A stretch of 51,320 nt of DNA, from NCBI GenBank assembly GCA_040752575.1, contig JBFMGK010000036.1:1-51320 (forward strand). The letters run 5' to 3'. The first letter of the stretch is position 1. Every line of letters begins with the position of its first letter. The notes beneath the pieces were generated by a model. It made no database searches. It saw only the letters and a program-made list of their open reading frames with translations, and was not told the DNA's origin. The position numbers were made by a program, and so were the translations under genes. Source of the DNA: Candidatus Bipolaricaulota bacterium (lineage in GTDB: Bacteria; Bipolaricaulota; Bipolaricaulia; UBA7950; UBA9294). This document shows, in pieces, positions 8,219-18,308 of this stretch.

Positions 8219-8863
8219 GAAGCGGGCCGGCCCGGGCGCCGTAGCCCGGAGCACCACGAACGAGCCGAGGTCGTGGCCGGCGCGCGGCCTCTCGATTTCT
8301 CCCTGCGGCGTTGCCGCGTCCTCCAGAAGAGTCTGAACGGACCCCGCAAGGGAGAATCCAGCCACGCCGAGCGCGGTGAGAAGCTCGTCAGGTGTGAACA
8401 GATGAGCGCTGCGGAGGAAAACGTCCGGATCGGCGCGTGCCGCGCGCCCGAGCGGGCTCTCGCGGGGAATCGACGCCACGATCAGCGTGCCGTGAGGCCG
8501 CAGGATCCGCTGCGCTTCGTCAAGGGCTCTTCCGACGTTGGCGACGTACTCAAGGCTGCAGAGGAAGAACGCAGCGTCGTAGGCGCCACGGGGAACGGGA
8601 AGTTGCTCCGCAACGCCTCGCCGAACCTCGACGCCGCGCGCCACGGCAAGGCGCCCCATCGCGGCAGAGGGCTCAATGCCCAAGTCAATCTTGAGGGCGG
8701 CTGCAAAGCGGCCGGTCCCCGCTCCGATCTCGATCCACGGCCCGCGGCGAGGGGGCAGAAGCGCACGCACTGCTTCGATCTCCGCTCCGAAGTGGTCGGG
8801 GTTCTCGTCGTACCACGCGTCGTAGTCCCGTGCGCGGGTCTCAAATGGGTTGGACTCGTCCAT
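8192..8863 (-). CDS. Class I SAM-dependent methyltransferase
   Basis: YDAWY, IEIGAGTGRF, GIEPS, GVAEQLP, RILRPHG. Confidence 0.9.
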   Translation of the reverse strand: MDESNPFETRARDYDAWYDENPDHFGAEIEAVRALLPPRRGPWIEIGAGTGRFAAALKIDLGIEPSAAMGRLAVARGVEVRRGVAEQLPVPRGAYDAAFFLCSLEYVANVGRALDEAQRILRPHGTLIVASIPRESPLGRAARADPDVFLRSAHLFTPDELLTALGVAGFSLAGSVQTLLEDAATPQGEIERPRAGHDLGSFVVLRATAPGPARFLTGSAQAP

Positions 8864-9596
8864 GTTGGTCTCGATGGCTACCGTAGATGAGGCGCAGCAC
8901 GCGGTCACGCGCGGCCAGAAACGCCTTCCCAAGACGGTCGCGGCGCTCCGGCGGCGAGAGGTCGATCCGCTCCTCTCCCAGCACGACGGCCGGACGTGCG
9001 GACAGCGCGATGGCCCTTGCCGAGAGGCACGTCACCTCATCGGGATCGTGGGTGACGAAGAGCAACGCGCTCTCGAGGTGGGCGACCAGTTCGGACAGCC
9101 AGTCCTGGAGTCCTTCGCGCGTCACGACGTCGAGGGCCGCGAACGGCTCGTCCAGAACGAGTACGTCGCTTCCCGAGAGGACGGCGCGCAGGAGCGCGGC
9201 ACGCTGTCTCATCCCTCCGGAGATCTCCTGCGGATAGGCTTCGGCGAATCCCTCCAGGCCAAAGGGGCGCAGTAGCGCCGCAACCTCTCGACGTCTCGCT
9301 GCCCGGGGCACCTGGCGCAGCACGAGCGGCAGTTCGGCGTTGGCAGCCACAGTCTTCCAGGGGAACAGCAAGCCGTCCTGCGGCAGGTATCCCGCCCGCG
9401 AGAGGGTCGCCGTGAGGCGGCCGCGATCGGCGGTCTCGACGCCCAAGAGGATGCGTAGGAGCGTCGTCTTCCCGCAGCCGGACGGACCCAGGATGCCGAG
9501 CGACGTACCACGCTCGAGGCGCAGGCTCACGTCTTCGAGAACAGGTAGATCCCCGTACGCCTTCGCCAGGTTCGTCGCAACCAGCCGCTCCCTCAC
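8841..9596 (-). CDS. ABC transporter ATP-binding protein (ThiZ/TauB-like)
   Basis: GPSGCGKTT, ISGGMRQR, LDEPFAALD, VTHD. Confidence 0.93.
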   Translation of the reverse strand: MRERLVATNLAKAYGDLPVLEDVSLRLERGTSLGILGPSGCGKTTLLRILLGVETADRGRLTATLSRAGYLPQDGLLFPWKTVAANAELPLVLRQVPRAARRREVAALLRPFGLEGFAEAYPQEISGGMRQRAALLRAVLSGSDVLVLDEPFAALDVVTREGLQDWLSELVAHLESALLFVTHDPDEVTCLSARAIALSARPAVVLGEERIDLSPPERRDRLGKAFLAARDRVLRLIYGSHRDQHGRVQPI

Positions 9597-10570
9597 GCGT
9601 CCTCCCCGGACGGCAGGTAGTCATTGGAGAAGGCGGCGGCCGGATCGATCGGTGTGCGGATCAGTCCGTTGGCGAAGGCCCAGTCTGCGAAGACTTCCCA
9701 GACGTTGAGTTCCTGAACGCCCCATCGAGTCGGGTTCGTCTCACTGTGGTCGGCAAGCCAACGTTGCGAGGCCAAGACAAGAGCGGCATCGAGTTCGGGG
9801 GCCGCCGCCAGGAGAGCGGCAGCCGCTTCGTCCGGCTGCGTGGCGGCGAAGAGGTAGCCGCGAGCCGCGGCTCGGAGGAATCGCCGGACCACATCCGGCT
9901 TTTCCGCGAGCGTCGCCCCGCGAGTCGCGAGAACGGGAGTGTAGTAGTCCAACTCGGGTGCGAGATCGACGAGCGGAAGGTAGACGAAGTCAAGTCCTGC
10001 CTGCTCCGCGCGGACGCCTTGCCACCCGTAGTAGATCCAGAAGACGTCAGCCAGATCGGCCAGCGCGGCGGTAACGAAATCGATCGTCCCGAGATTCACC
10101 CACTCCACATCGTCCACCCGTCCGGCAGCGCCCGCGTTCTTCATCACGGTCTGCACCATGACCGTCTCGAGGTCGCTCCCCCATCCTCCGTAGCGCAGTC
10201 CGGCGAAGTCGGCAGGCGAAGAAACCCCCTTGTTCGACAGCGCGGCGAAGCCCGAGGTGTTGTGAGGGTAGAGCGCGGCGACCGAGATGACATCCATGCC
10301 TTCGGCGCGCGCCATCGTGACGTACTCCTGCATCGAGACGGCGACGTCCACTCGGCCGCTCGTGAGGAGCTGGAGAGAGACGGTTGGGCTGGGTTCGATG
10401 AGCTCGACCTCGAGGCCCTCGTCCTCGAAGTACCCGTACGCCTGCGCCGCAAACAACCCAGAGTGGTTCGTGTTCGGAGTCCAGTCGAGCGCGACCTGCA
10501 CGCGATCGGCGGCGGTGGCCGACAGCGCACAGACCGCGAAAGCTGCGATCAGCCAGGGTCTCTTGATCAT
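9593..10570 (-). CDS. ABC substrate-binding protein, NMT1/THI5 family (ThiY-like, HMP/thiamine precursor)
   Basis: Signal peptide; LDWTPNTNHSG, WIYYGW, DYYTPV; lies in a TPP-riboswitch operon. Confidence 0.92.
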   Translation of the reverse strand: MIKRPWLIAAFAVCALSATAADRVQVALDWTPNTNHSGLFAAQAYGYFEDEGLEVELIEPSPTVSLQLLTSGRVDVAVSMQEYVTMARAEGMDVISVAALYPHNTSGFAALSNKGVSSPADFAGLRYGGWGSDLETVMVQTVMKNAGAAGRVDDVEWVNLGTIDFVTAALADLADVFWIYYGWQGVRAEQAGLDFVYLPLVDLAPELDYYTPVLATRGATLAEKPDVVRRFLRAAARGYLFAATQPDEAAAALLAAAPELDAALVLASQRWLADHSETNPTRWGVQELNVWEVFADWAFANGLIRTPIDPAAAFSNDYLPSGEDA

Positions 10571-11358
10571 GATTCCCTCCTAGGCTGCTTCCTGTGAAGC
10601 CACGGCGTTGCGAGGGCGCCGAGACTGTCGACAAGCCAGAAGAGCGCGAGCGACAGCGCCATCACGAGAGCGATCGCCGCGAACAGACGGTCGGTGCGAA
10701 AAGACTGCAACGCGCGCGTCATGTAGACGCCAAGGCCGCGAGACCCCCCGAGCCACTCCCCGACGACCGCGCCGAGGACGCTGTACGTCGCCGAGATGCG
10801 CAGACCGGCGAAGATCCCGGGCAGCGTGGCTGGGAGGAGATGATGACGATAGCGGGCGGCGCGGCCGGCGCCCAACGTTACCAGAAGCTCATCGCGCGCC
10901 GGGTCGGCGGTGCGGAACCCCTCGTACGCGTTGACGGCCACGGGAAAGACGCAGACAAGTCCTACGATGAACACCTTGGCTCCGAGGCCGAGGCCGAACC
11001 AGATAATGAGCAGCGGGGCGACCGCCATCAGGGGCACCGCCTGCGCGAGCACAAGAGGCGGATAGAGGAGATCCCGCGACCAGCGCGAGGCATGCATGGC
11101 CAACGCCAAGGCCACCCCAAGGGCGGCAGCAACGGCGAGTCCCAGGACCGCCGCAAGGGCCGTTGCCGCAAGATGAGGGGCGAGCAAAGGCGCGTCCGCA
11201 ACGAGAGTCCGCGCGGCGCCACTCGGCGTCGGAAGCAGGTGGGAGGGAACGTCGAACAAGCGGCACGAGCCTTCCCAAGCGCCGAGGAGCAGTGCGAGTC
11301 CGAGGGCGCTGCGCGCGACGCGGGGCATCACCGGGCCGGTTCCCCTGGAGAGACTCAT
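10567..11358 (-). CDS. ABC transporter permease (ThiX/TauC-like)
   Basis: LLPTPS, QAVPLMAVAPLLIIWFG, GAVVGEWLGG. Confidence 0.92.
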   Translation of the reverse strand: MSLSRGTGPVMPRVARSALGLALLLGAWEGSCRLFDVPSHLLPTPSGAARTLVADAPLLAPHLAATALAAVLGLAVAAALGVALALAMHASRWSRDLLYPPLVLAQAVPLMAVAPLLIIWFGLGLGAKVFIVGLVCVFPVAVNAYEGFRTADPARDELLVTLGAGRAARYRHHLLPATLPGIFAGLRISATYSVLGAVVGEWLGGSRGLGVYMTRALQSFRTDRLFAAIALVMALSLALFWLVDSLGALATPWLHRKQPRRES

Positions 11359-12005
11359 CGCGTCCCCCGCTGATGAATCGCGACAACCAAGCCAGAGGAG
11401 ATGGTGAGGGTCACGGGGAGGCTGTCAACCACGTTGGACACCCCTCGCGAAGAAGCGCGGTACAAGAGCTGATCCGCAAGGGCATATCGGAGCCCCTGCG
11501 TCGTGACCCGAGCCGCCTCCGAGATGGGCAGCAGCGAAACAACGTCCCCGTGCCGCGCATCGACAAGGTCGAAGCGGTCTCGGATCAGACGGATGGCTTC
11601 CGTCTTGGATTCCAGTCTCACGTCGACGCCCGCGGCAGCCCCGCGTTCGAGAAGGTGGATGTTGGCGAGAGCATGATCGACGCGCCCACCGAGGGCGCCC
11701 AAGATGACGATCTCGAACGGCCGCTGCGCGAGGGCCCAGTCCAGCGCCAGTTCCAGGTCGGAGGCGTCCTTCTCCCGCGGGTATTCGAGGGTGGGGATCG
11801 ACGAGGAACGGAGAGCCGCGACTCCCTCGGGGCTCACGGAGTCGAGGTCGCCAACGACCAAGTCGACTCGGAGATCGACGGAACGCGCCACGTCCCAACC
11901 GGCGTCGACGGCGATGACCCTGGAGGCCTTGCGCGCCTCGATCTGAGCCTGGACGGGGTCACACTCCCCCGCGGCGAGAAGTACAATCCTCTCTCTCCCT
12001 TGCAC
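11355..12005 (-). CDS. thiN: Thiamine diphosphokinase
   Basis: AVDAG, VGDLDS, EKDASDLELAL, GALGGRVDHALAN, GLRYAL, RGVSN. Confidence 0.95.
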   Translation of the reverse strand: MQGRERIVLLAAGECDPVQAQIEARKASRVIAVDAGWDVARSVDLRVDLVVGDLDSVSPEGVAALRSSSIPTLEYPREKDASDLELALDWALAQRPFEIVILGALGGRVDHALANIHLLERGAAAGVDVRLESKTEAIRLIRDRFDLVDARHGDVVSLLPISEAARVTTQGLRYALADQLLYRASSRGVSNVVDSLPVTLTISSGLVVAIHQRGTR

Positions 12006-12071
12006 GCTGTCTCCTGCGGGAGAGCCGAGGTCTGCTTGCTCGCGCCGTTGCGGAGGGCCAGAAACTCCGAC

Positions 12072-12163
<92 letters not shown>

Positions 12164-12200
12164 CGAGTATACCGCACGTCGGGACGGACGCCACGAAGTC

Positions 12201-13274
12201 TCAGATCTCTTCGCCGACGAACGTTGTCTTCGCCGTCATGGCGGCGACCGTGTGGGCGATCAACTTGGCGGCATTCTCTACGTCATCGAGGTGGACGATC
12301 TCGCAAGGGGAGTGCATGTACCGGTTGGGAATCGACACAATGGCTGTCGCGACGCCGCCTCGCGCGAGCTGGATCACGTTGCCGTCCGTCCCGGTGCCGC
12401 GAGGGTAGGGCTCCACCTGGAACGGGATCTTGTGCTTCTTCGCCGCTTCGCTGAAGCGCTTGTAGAGCTGCGGATTCGCATTGGGCCCTCGCGTGAGGAT
12501 CGGTCCGCCACGCAGGTTGACCTCGCCCCACTTTTTCTTGGCTTCGTCCATGCCGGGGTAGTCCGTGCAGAAGCCGACATCGATCGCAATCCCCACTTGG
12601 GGGTCGATGCCGAATGCCGAGGTTTGGGCTCCGCGCGAGCCGATCTCCTCCTGGACAGTCGCCACGGCGTAGACGCCCAGGCGGGTGCCTTTCTCCTTGA
12701 GCAGGCGAAGCGCCTCGAGTGCGACAAACGCGCCGATCCGGTCGTCGAAGCCTCGTCCGACGAGGATCCCGTCGCGAAGCTCAGCAGTTCCGTAGTCGAG
12801 CACCGCCGGATCGCCAAGTGCCACAAGGTCGAGCGCCTCCGCCTTCGACTTCGCACCGATGTCGATCCACAGGTCCTCAAACCTGGGCAGGGACTTGCGG
12901 TCCTCTTCCTTCATGAGATGAATCGGCTTGCGCCCGATGACGCCAAGCACGGTTCCGGCGGCCGTGCGGATGCGAGCGCGCTGCCCGGGCAGGATCGCGA
13001 GGTCCCACCCGCCCAGGCCGGTGAACGAGAGGTATCCGCGATCGTCGACGTAGGTGATCATGAGCCCGATCTCGTCCAGATGCCCCGCGATCATGACGCG
13101 GAAACTCGCCGACTCGTTGATCGCGGCGATGGCGTTGCCCTGGACGTCGATCCATGCGCGGTCCGCGAACGACGAAGCCTCTTTGCGCCAGACCCGTGCG
13201 GCCTCTTCCTCGTAGCCCGTCGGGCAGATGGTGTTCATGAACTGCGTCAAGAACTCCACGCGTTTCTTCTGCAT
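12201..13274 (-). CDS. M42 family metallo-aminopeptidase (TET-like)
   Basis: GHLDEIG, FDDRIG, VQEEIG, IAIDVG, GTDG, RYMHSP; ATG 13274 after GAGGAGG. Confidence 0.95.
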   Translation of the reverse strand: MQKKRVEFLTQFMNTICPTGYEEEAARVWRKEASSFADRAWIDVQGNAIAAINESASFRVMIAGHLDEIGLMITYVDDRGYLSFTGLGGWDLAILPGQRARIRTAAGTVLGVIGRKPIHLMKEEDRKSLPRFEDLWIDIGAKSKAEALDLVALGDPAVLDYGTAELRDGILVGRGFDDRIGAFVALEALRLLKEKGTRLGVYAVATVQEEIGSRGAQTSAFGIDPQVGIAIDVGFCTDYPGMDEAKKKWGEVNLRGGPILTRGPNANPQLYKRFSEAAKKHKIPFQVEPYPRGTGTDGNVIQLARGGVATAIVSIPNRYMHSPCEIVHLDDVENAAKLIAHTVAAMTAKTTFVGEEI

Positions 13275-13348
13275 GCTTCCTCCTCGCCTGCGGCGAGTGT
13301 ACGGCGCGGCGCGCCGTCGCGCCCAGTGTCGTCGATGGCGAAGATCGG

Positions 13349-13364
13349 TTTCGATATACTGAAA
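13349..13364 (+). promoter_or_regulatory. Imperfect palindromic operator over the -10 box of the XRE regulator
   Basis: TTTCGATATACTGAAA (12/16 self-complementary) contains TATACT, 6 nt before ATG 13367. Confidence 0.55.
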
Positions 13365-13366
13365 AC

Positions 13367-13999
13367 ATGGAGGATCTCGGCCGCCGGATTCGAGAGGCGC
13401 GGCAAGACCGCGCCTGGACGCTCGACGAGTTGTCGGCGCGATCTGGTTTGTCCACGGGGTTTCTCTCCGAGGTCGAGCGGGGGCAGTCCTCCCTCTCCAT
13501 TGTGTCCCTCGCCTCGATCTGCGGCGCGTTGGGCGTTCCGATCGAGGGACTCCTGTCGAGCAGCGGTCCGCTTGCTGCTGCGACATCGCGCGTCACGCGG
13601 GCTGACGAGCAACTGCGCATTCAGATTGGCGACTCGCCCGTCTCGTACCGATACTTGACGAGCCAACTCCCGGGGGCTCCGATTGATGAACTGCTCATCG
13701 CGGAGCTTCCTCCGGACGCGCAACAGGAGCCGCAGGCGCACAAGGGAGAGGAGCTGGGCTACGTCCTCGAGGGAACGCTCACCTTAAGAGCAGCCGGAGA
13801 CGAGGTCTCGCTGTCCGCCGGCGACAGCTATCGGGTTCGCTCCAGCGAGATTCACGACTACCGAGCAGGGCCGGCGGGCGCCAAGGTGTTGATGGCGGTA
13901 ACGCAACGATTCGTGGACGTCGCGAGGCAACGGCCGACGCGACGCGCCAGGTTGCACGGGCGCGCCGCCGTGGGTGAGGAGGATCATGGCGCGAATTGA
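13367..13999 (+). CDS. XRE-family transcriptional regulator with C-terminal cupin (PuuR-like)
   Basis: LGRRIREAR..WTLDELSARSGLSTGFLSEVERG; HKGEELGYVLEG...GDS...H. Confidence 0.93.
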   Translation: MEDLGRRIREARQDRAWTLDELSARSGLSTGFLSEVERGQSSLSIVSLASICGALGVPIEGLLSSSGPLAAATSRVTRADEQLRIQIGDSPVSYRYLTSQLPGAPIDELLIAELPPDAQQEPQAHKGEELGYVLEGTLTLRAAGDEVSLSAGDSYRVRSSEIHDYRAGPAGAKVLMAVTQRFVDVARQRPTRRARLHGRAAVGEEDHGAN

Positions 14000-16055
14000 G
14001 GGGCATCCGATCCTGCAGCGAACGTGGGGCGATTCCTTCACGTTCACGTTCTCGGGCCGGCCGGTGCAGGCGTACCCAGGCGATGTCCTGGCGTCGGCGC
14101 TTGTCGCGGCGGGAGTCCACGTTTTGGGCCACCACGCCAAGGATCGCGCGCCGCTCGGCATCTTCTGCGCCAACGGGCAGTGTGCGCAGTGCCTGGTCTT
14201 GGCCGATGGCAAGCCGGTGAAGGCGTGCATGACGCTCGCCGAGCCCGGGATGCGTGTTGAGCCGATTGTCGGCCTTCCGCACCTTCCGGAGTCCGATGAG
14301 GCCAGGCCGATGAGTGAGGTAGAAAGAAGGGAAGTCTCCGTCCTCGTTTTGGGCGGCGGCCCGGCTGGGTTGTCGGCAGGGATCGAGCTCGGCCGTCGCG
14401 GCGTCGATGTCCTTCTCCTCGACGACAAGAGCCGTCTTGGAGGAAAGCTCGTGCTCCAGACGCATCGCTTCTTCGGTTCCGTCGAGGCGGTCGACGCGGG
14501 CACGCGGGGCATCGACATTGGCGCGAGCCTCGAAGCCTCGATTCGGACTTTGGAGACGGTGACCGTGTGGCTCGAGGCGACGGCCCTGGCCGTCTACAGC
14601 GACGGCTGGGTCGGCATCCTGCGTCAGGGGCGATACGAGTTGGTCCGCCCGAGGCTGTTGATCGCCGCGACCGGAGCGCGGGAGAAGTCCCTTGCGTTCA
14701 GCGGGAACACGCTTCCGGGCGTGTACGGCGCCGGAGCCTTTCAGACCTTGGTGAACCGCGATCTCGTGAGGCCGTCGGAGCGGCTGTTCGTCGTGGGCGG
14801 AGGGAACGTGGGCCTGATTGCGGGATATCACGCCCTGCAGGCGGGAATCGAGGTCGTCGGCCTCGCGGAAGCGCTGCCGGTGTGCGGCGGCTACAAGGTT
14901 CACCGCGACAAGCTGGCGCGTCTCGGCGTCCCGATCTTCACGTCGCACACCATTCTGTCCGCGAACGGGGACGGCCGAGTCGAGAGCGTTACGCTGGCCG
15001 CGGTCGACGAACAGCTCCGGCCCATCGTGGGCACGGAGTTCTCGCTGGCCTGTGACACCGTTCTGGTTGCCGTCGGCCTCGAACCCGTGGACGAGTTTCT
15101 CCGCGCGGCGAACGAGTTCGGGCTTCCCGTGTTGGCTGCCGGCGACGCCGAGGAGATCGCCGAGGCATCTGCTGCTATCTTCTCCGGGAAGATACGGGGA
15201 CTTGAGGCGGCACGTAGGCTCGGGGTCACCGAGGACGAGATCCCTGAGGAGTGGCACGCCCTCGGGGAGATCCTGAAGTCCCGACCCGGGGCGACGATGC
15301 CCAAGCATCCTGCCGAGACACGGACCGGCGTCGTGCCGGTGATCCACTGCACGCAGGAGATCCCGTGCAACCCGTGCGCTTCGGTCTGTCCTCAGAAGCT
15401 GATTCAGCTTGAGGGTCCCGACATCCGTGGCGTTCCCGCCTATTCCGCGCGTGACGGGCGCGAGTGTGTCGGCTGCGAGAACTGCGTTGCCGTTTGCCCG
15501 GGACTCGCCATCACCCTGGTCGACTTCCGCCGCGATCCGGCGATGCCGACCGTGACGGTGCCGTTCGAGTTCGGCGCCGACGCCCTGCGCCCCGGTAGCG
15601 CGGTCGTTCTGGTCGACACGACGGGCGAGGAGCTCGGCGAGGCTCGCGTGGAGAAGATCGCCGTTCGAGACCGCACCGCGTTGGTCAAGGTGAAGGCCCC
15701 AGCAGACGTTGCGGGACAGGTCGCGGGGATCCGGGTTCGCCGCGCGGCCGCGAACGCTCGCCTCGCCGAGGTCGTCGAGGCGCTCAGCGACGAGACGATC
15801 ATCTGCCGCTGCGAGCGTGTTACGGCGGGCGAGATCCGCGCAGCCATTCGTGCCGGATGCCGAGACATGAACGAGTTGAAGGCGATCACCCGTGCGGGCA
15901 TGGGGGCGTGCGGAGGGAAGACGTGTACGTCGCTCATCGCGCGCTTGTTCCGTGAGGCCGGAGTGGCCTTGGAGTCCGTGACGCCCAACGTGCGGCGGCC
16001 TCTGTTCGTGGAAGTGCCCCTAGGCGTCTTTGCAGGGCTTCGCGAGGGGGAGTGA
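13986..16055 (+). CDS. Multidomain FAD/Fe-S oxidoreductase (sarcosine oxidase alpha / L-proline dehydrogenase alpha-like fusion)
   Basis: CANGQCAQC..C (2Fe-2S), GGGPAG, ATGARE, GGGNVG, CTQEIPCNPC..CP and CVGCENC..CP (2x4Fe-4S), CRCE...CGGKTC (BFD-like 2Fe-2S). Confidence 0.9.
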   Translation: MARIEGHPILQRTWGDSFTFTFSGRPVQAYPGDVLASALVAAGVHVLGHHAKDRAPLGIFCANGQCAQCLVLADGKPVKACMTLAEPGMRVEPIVGLPHLPESDEARPMSEVERREVSVLVLGGGPAGLSAGIELGRRGVDVLLLDDKSRLGGKLVLQTHRFFGSVEAVDAGTRGIDIGASLEASIRTLETVTVWLEATALAVYSDGWVGILRQGRYELVRPRLLIAATGAREKSLAFSGNTLPGVYGAGAFQTLVNRDLVRPSERLFVVGGGNVGLIAGYHALQAGIEVVGLAEALPVCGGYKVHRDKLARLGVPIFTSHTILSANGDGRVESVTLAAVDEQLRPIVGTEFSLACDTVLVAVGLEPVDEFLRAANEFGLPVLAAGDAEEIAEASAAIFSGKIRGLEAARRLGVTEDEIPEEWHALGEILKSRPGATMPKHPAETRTGVVPVIHCTQEIPCNPCASVCPQKLIQLEGPDIRGVPAYSARDGRECVGCENCVAVCPGLAITLVDFRRDPAMPTVTVPFEFGADALRPGSAVVLVDTTGEELGEARVEKIAVRDRTALVKVKAPADVAGQVAGIRVRRAAANARLAEVVEALSDETIICRCERVTAGEIRAAIRAGCRDMNELKAITRAGMGACGGKTCTSLIARLFREAGVALESVTPNVRRPLFVEVPLGVFAGLREGE

Positions 16056-16061
16056 GGCGGC

Positions 16062-17219
16062 ATGCGGAGACGGACCTACGATGCGGTGGTGATCGGTTCG
16101 GGAAGCATCGGAGTTCCCACGGCGTGGGCACTGGCTCGCGATGGTCTTTCGGTCCTGGTGCTCGATCCGCTGCCGAGCACGGGGCAGGGATCGAACAAGA
16201 CGGCGATCGGCGGCATCCGAGCGACGCACTCCGACCCGGCGAAGATACGCCTCGGACTGCGTTCCCTGGAGATCGCCTCGACGTGGAGGGAGCGGTACGG
16301 CGACGACATCGAGTGGACAACCGGTGGGTATGCGTTTGTTGCGACGGGCGAGCGTGAAGAGCAGGTCCTGAAAGAACTTCTCGCCGTGCAGGTGCGCTAC
16401 GGACTCGACATCGCTTGGCTTGAGCGTCGTGAGCTCCTGGACGTCGTTCCGACCCTGCGCCGCGAGATCGTACGCGGAGGCACATACTCCCCCGCTGACG
16501 GGCACTGCTCGCCCCTTCTCTTCGGGCACGCGATGTTCCGGCAAGCCAAGGCCGCGGGAGTGGAATTCCGCTTCGGCGAAGCGGCGCGTCGCATCGAGAG
16601 GTCCGCAGACCGCGTCTGTGCCGTGGCGACCGACAAGTCCCTCTACGCGACAAGGACTGTGGTCAACGCCGCGGGTGCATGGGCGGCCGGGGTCGGCGAG
16701 ATGGCGGGAACGGAACATCCCGTGAGACCCGATGCCCATGAAGCGGGGATCACCGAGCCGGTCGCCCCGTTCCTCCGCCCGATGGTCGTGGACATCAGAC
16801 CCAGTCCTGGGTCGGCCAACTACTACTTCTTCCAGCTGGCCACAGGGCAAGTGGTCTTCTGCGTCACGCCCAGCCCGAGCGTGTGGGGGTTCGACCGGCG
16901 CGAGACCAGCCGTTTCCTCCCGCTGGTGGCACGCCGCATGGTCGATCTGATGCCGTGTCTCGCGAACCTGCGCGTCCGGAGAACGTGGCGCGGCCTCTAC
17001 CCGATGACTCCCGACGGGTCGCCGATCGTCGGACAGTCCAAAGACATCGAAGGCTACGTGATGGCGATCGGGATGTGCGGACAAGGGTTCATGCTCGGCC
17101 CCGGCGTGGGGGAGTTGGTCTCGCGCGTCGTCCGACGCGAGACGACTCGCGAAGACGACGAGGTGCTTACGCTCTTGTCTCCGCATCGCGCATTCTCACG
17201 GGCCGAGGTGCTCAAGTAG
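16062..17219 (+). CDS. FAD-dependent DAO-family oxidoreductase (sarcosine oxidase beta / proline dehydrogenase beta-like)
   Basis: IGSGSIG, VVNAAGAW, RTWRGLYPMTPDGSPIVG, GQGFMLGPGVG. Confidence 0.92.
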   Translation: MRRRTYDAVVIGSGSIGVPTAWALARDGLSVLVLDPLPSTGQGSNKTAIGGIRATHSDPAKIRLGLRSLEIASTWRERYGDDIEWTTGGYAFVATGEREEQVLKELLAVQVRYGLDIAWLERRELLDVVPTLRREIVRGGTYSPADGHCSPLLFGHAMFRQAKAAGVEFRFGEAARRIERSADRVCAVATDKSLYATRTVVNAAGAWAAGVGEMAGTEHPVRPDAHEAGITEPVAPFLRPMVVDIRPSPGSANYYFFQLATGQVVFCVTPSPSVWGFDRRETSRFLPLVARRMVDLMPCLANLRVRRTWRGLYPMTPDGSPIVGQSKDIEGYVMAIGMCGQGFMLGPGVGELVSRVVRRETTREDDEVLTLLSPHRAFSRAEVLK

Positions 17220-18174
17220 GCGCAGCATTGCGCGATCGCCGGCCGCGGGGGCGGAACTGCACGAGCGCCGTGCCCCCCGCGACGAGCCCCAACCCCAGCC
17301 ACTCGATGAGGCCGCGGGTCTCACCGAGAAACAGCCAAGCCAAGAGGGCAATCTGCACGAGCATCGTGTTGTTGAGAACGGTCGACTCGACGGCGGAGAG
17401 CGTCTGCAGTGTCCGATTCCACAACGTGAAGGCGAAGGCCGTGTTCACCACGGCCAGCCACGCGATGATCGCCCACGATCGCAGCGAGAGAACCGGGATC
17501 CCGTCGAGGACGAGACCAGCGGCGAGCAGGATGAGGGCCCCGGCGCCCATACTCAGGGCCGTGACGACGACCGGCGGCACCGTCGCATCGCGATTCACCC
17601 GGCGGCCGAGGAGAGAAGCTGCGGCGTTCGCGGTGAGGGTTGCCGCAGCGAGAGCGTAACCGAGGGCATGACCTGCCTCGGCGCGTCCCGGCGCGAAGTA
17701 GGCGGCCGATCCTCCCGCAGCCAGCGCCATGCCGAGCCACTGAATGGGTCGCGGGGACTCGCGCCCCCGCGTTCCCGCAAGTCCGACGACGATGGCCGTC
17801 ATCGACAGAACCAGACTCAATGTCGTGGCTTCGAGATGGGCAAGCGTCAGGAACTGGCCGCCCTGGGTCAGAGCGTAGAGCACGACGCCGAGGACGGCGA
17901 TGCGAGCGGTCTCGCGAGTCGGCAGGGTTCGCACCTCTCGGCGGCGAACCCACACCGCGGGGACGAGCAGGAGAAACGCAAGTGCATAACGCAATCCGGC
18001 GAACGTGAGCGGAGGGATTTCGACCAGGCCGCGCTTGATGAGGACCCACGACGTCGACCAAAGGAACGTCACGAGAAGCGCTTGCGCAACGGCTCGGGCG
18101 TGACGGCTCCTTTCCGCCCCTTCGGCTGGCGGACAGGACCCCCTTCCCCATCGATCGCGAAACGTGCGTCTCAC
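17212..18174 (-). CDS. DMT/EamA family transporter
   Basis: LLVTFLWSTSWVLIK..IPPLTFAGLRY; about 10 TM; start (GTG 18174) uncertain. Confidence 0.88.
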   Translation of the reverse strand: MRRTFRDRWGRGSCPPAEGAERSRHARAVAQALLVTFLWSTSWVLIKRGLVEIPPLTFAGLRYALAFLLLVPAVWVRRREVRTLPTRETARIAVLGVVLYALTQGGQFLTLAHLEATTLSLVLSMTAIVVGLAGTRGRESPRPIQWLGMALAAGGSAAYFAPGRAEAGHALGYALAAATLTANAAASLLGRRVNRDATVPPVVVTALSMGAGALILLAAGLVLDGIPVLSLRSWAIIAWLAVVNTAFAFTLWNRTLQTLSAVESTVLNNTMLVQIALLAWLFLGETRGLIEWLGLGLVAGGTALVQFRPRGRRSRNAAPT

Positions 18175-18308
18175 AGCGCTCTTCCCCCGCTCTGTCCGCC
18201 CGCCCCAGACTTGCCTCTCGGCGTTATCCCCTGCATGCTGGCGAGTGTACCCTGGCGACGATAGGGGCCGGCTCGCGGCCCATGGGCGCAAGCCGGAGGG
18301 AGGGCGCA

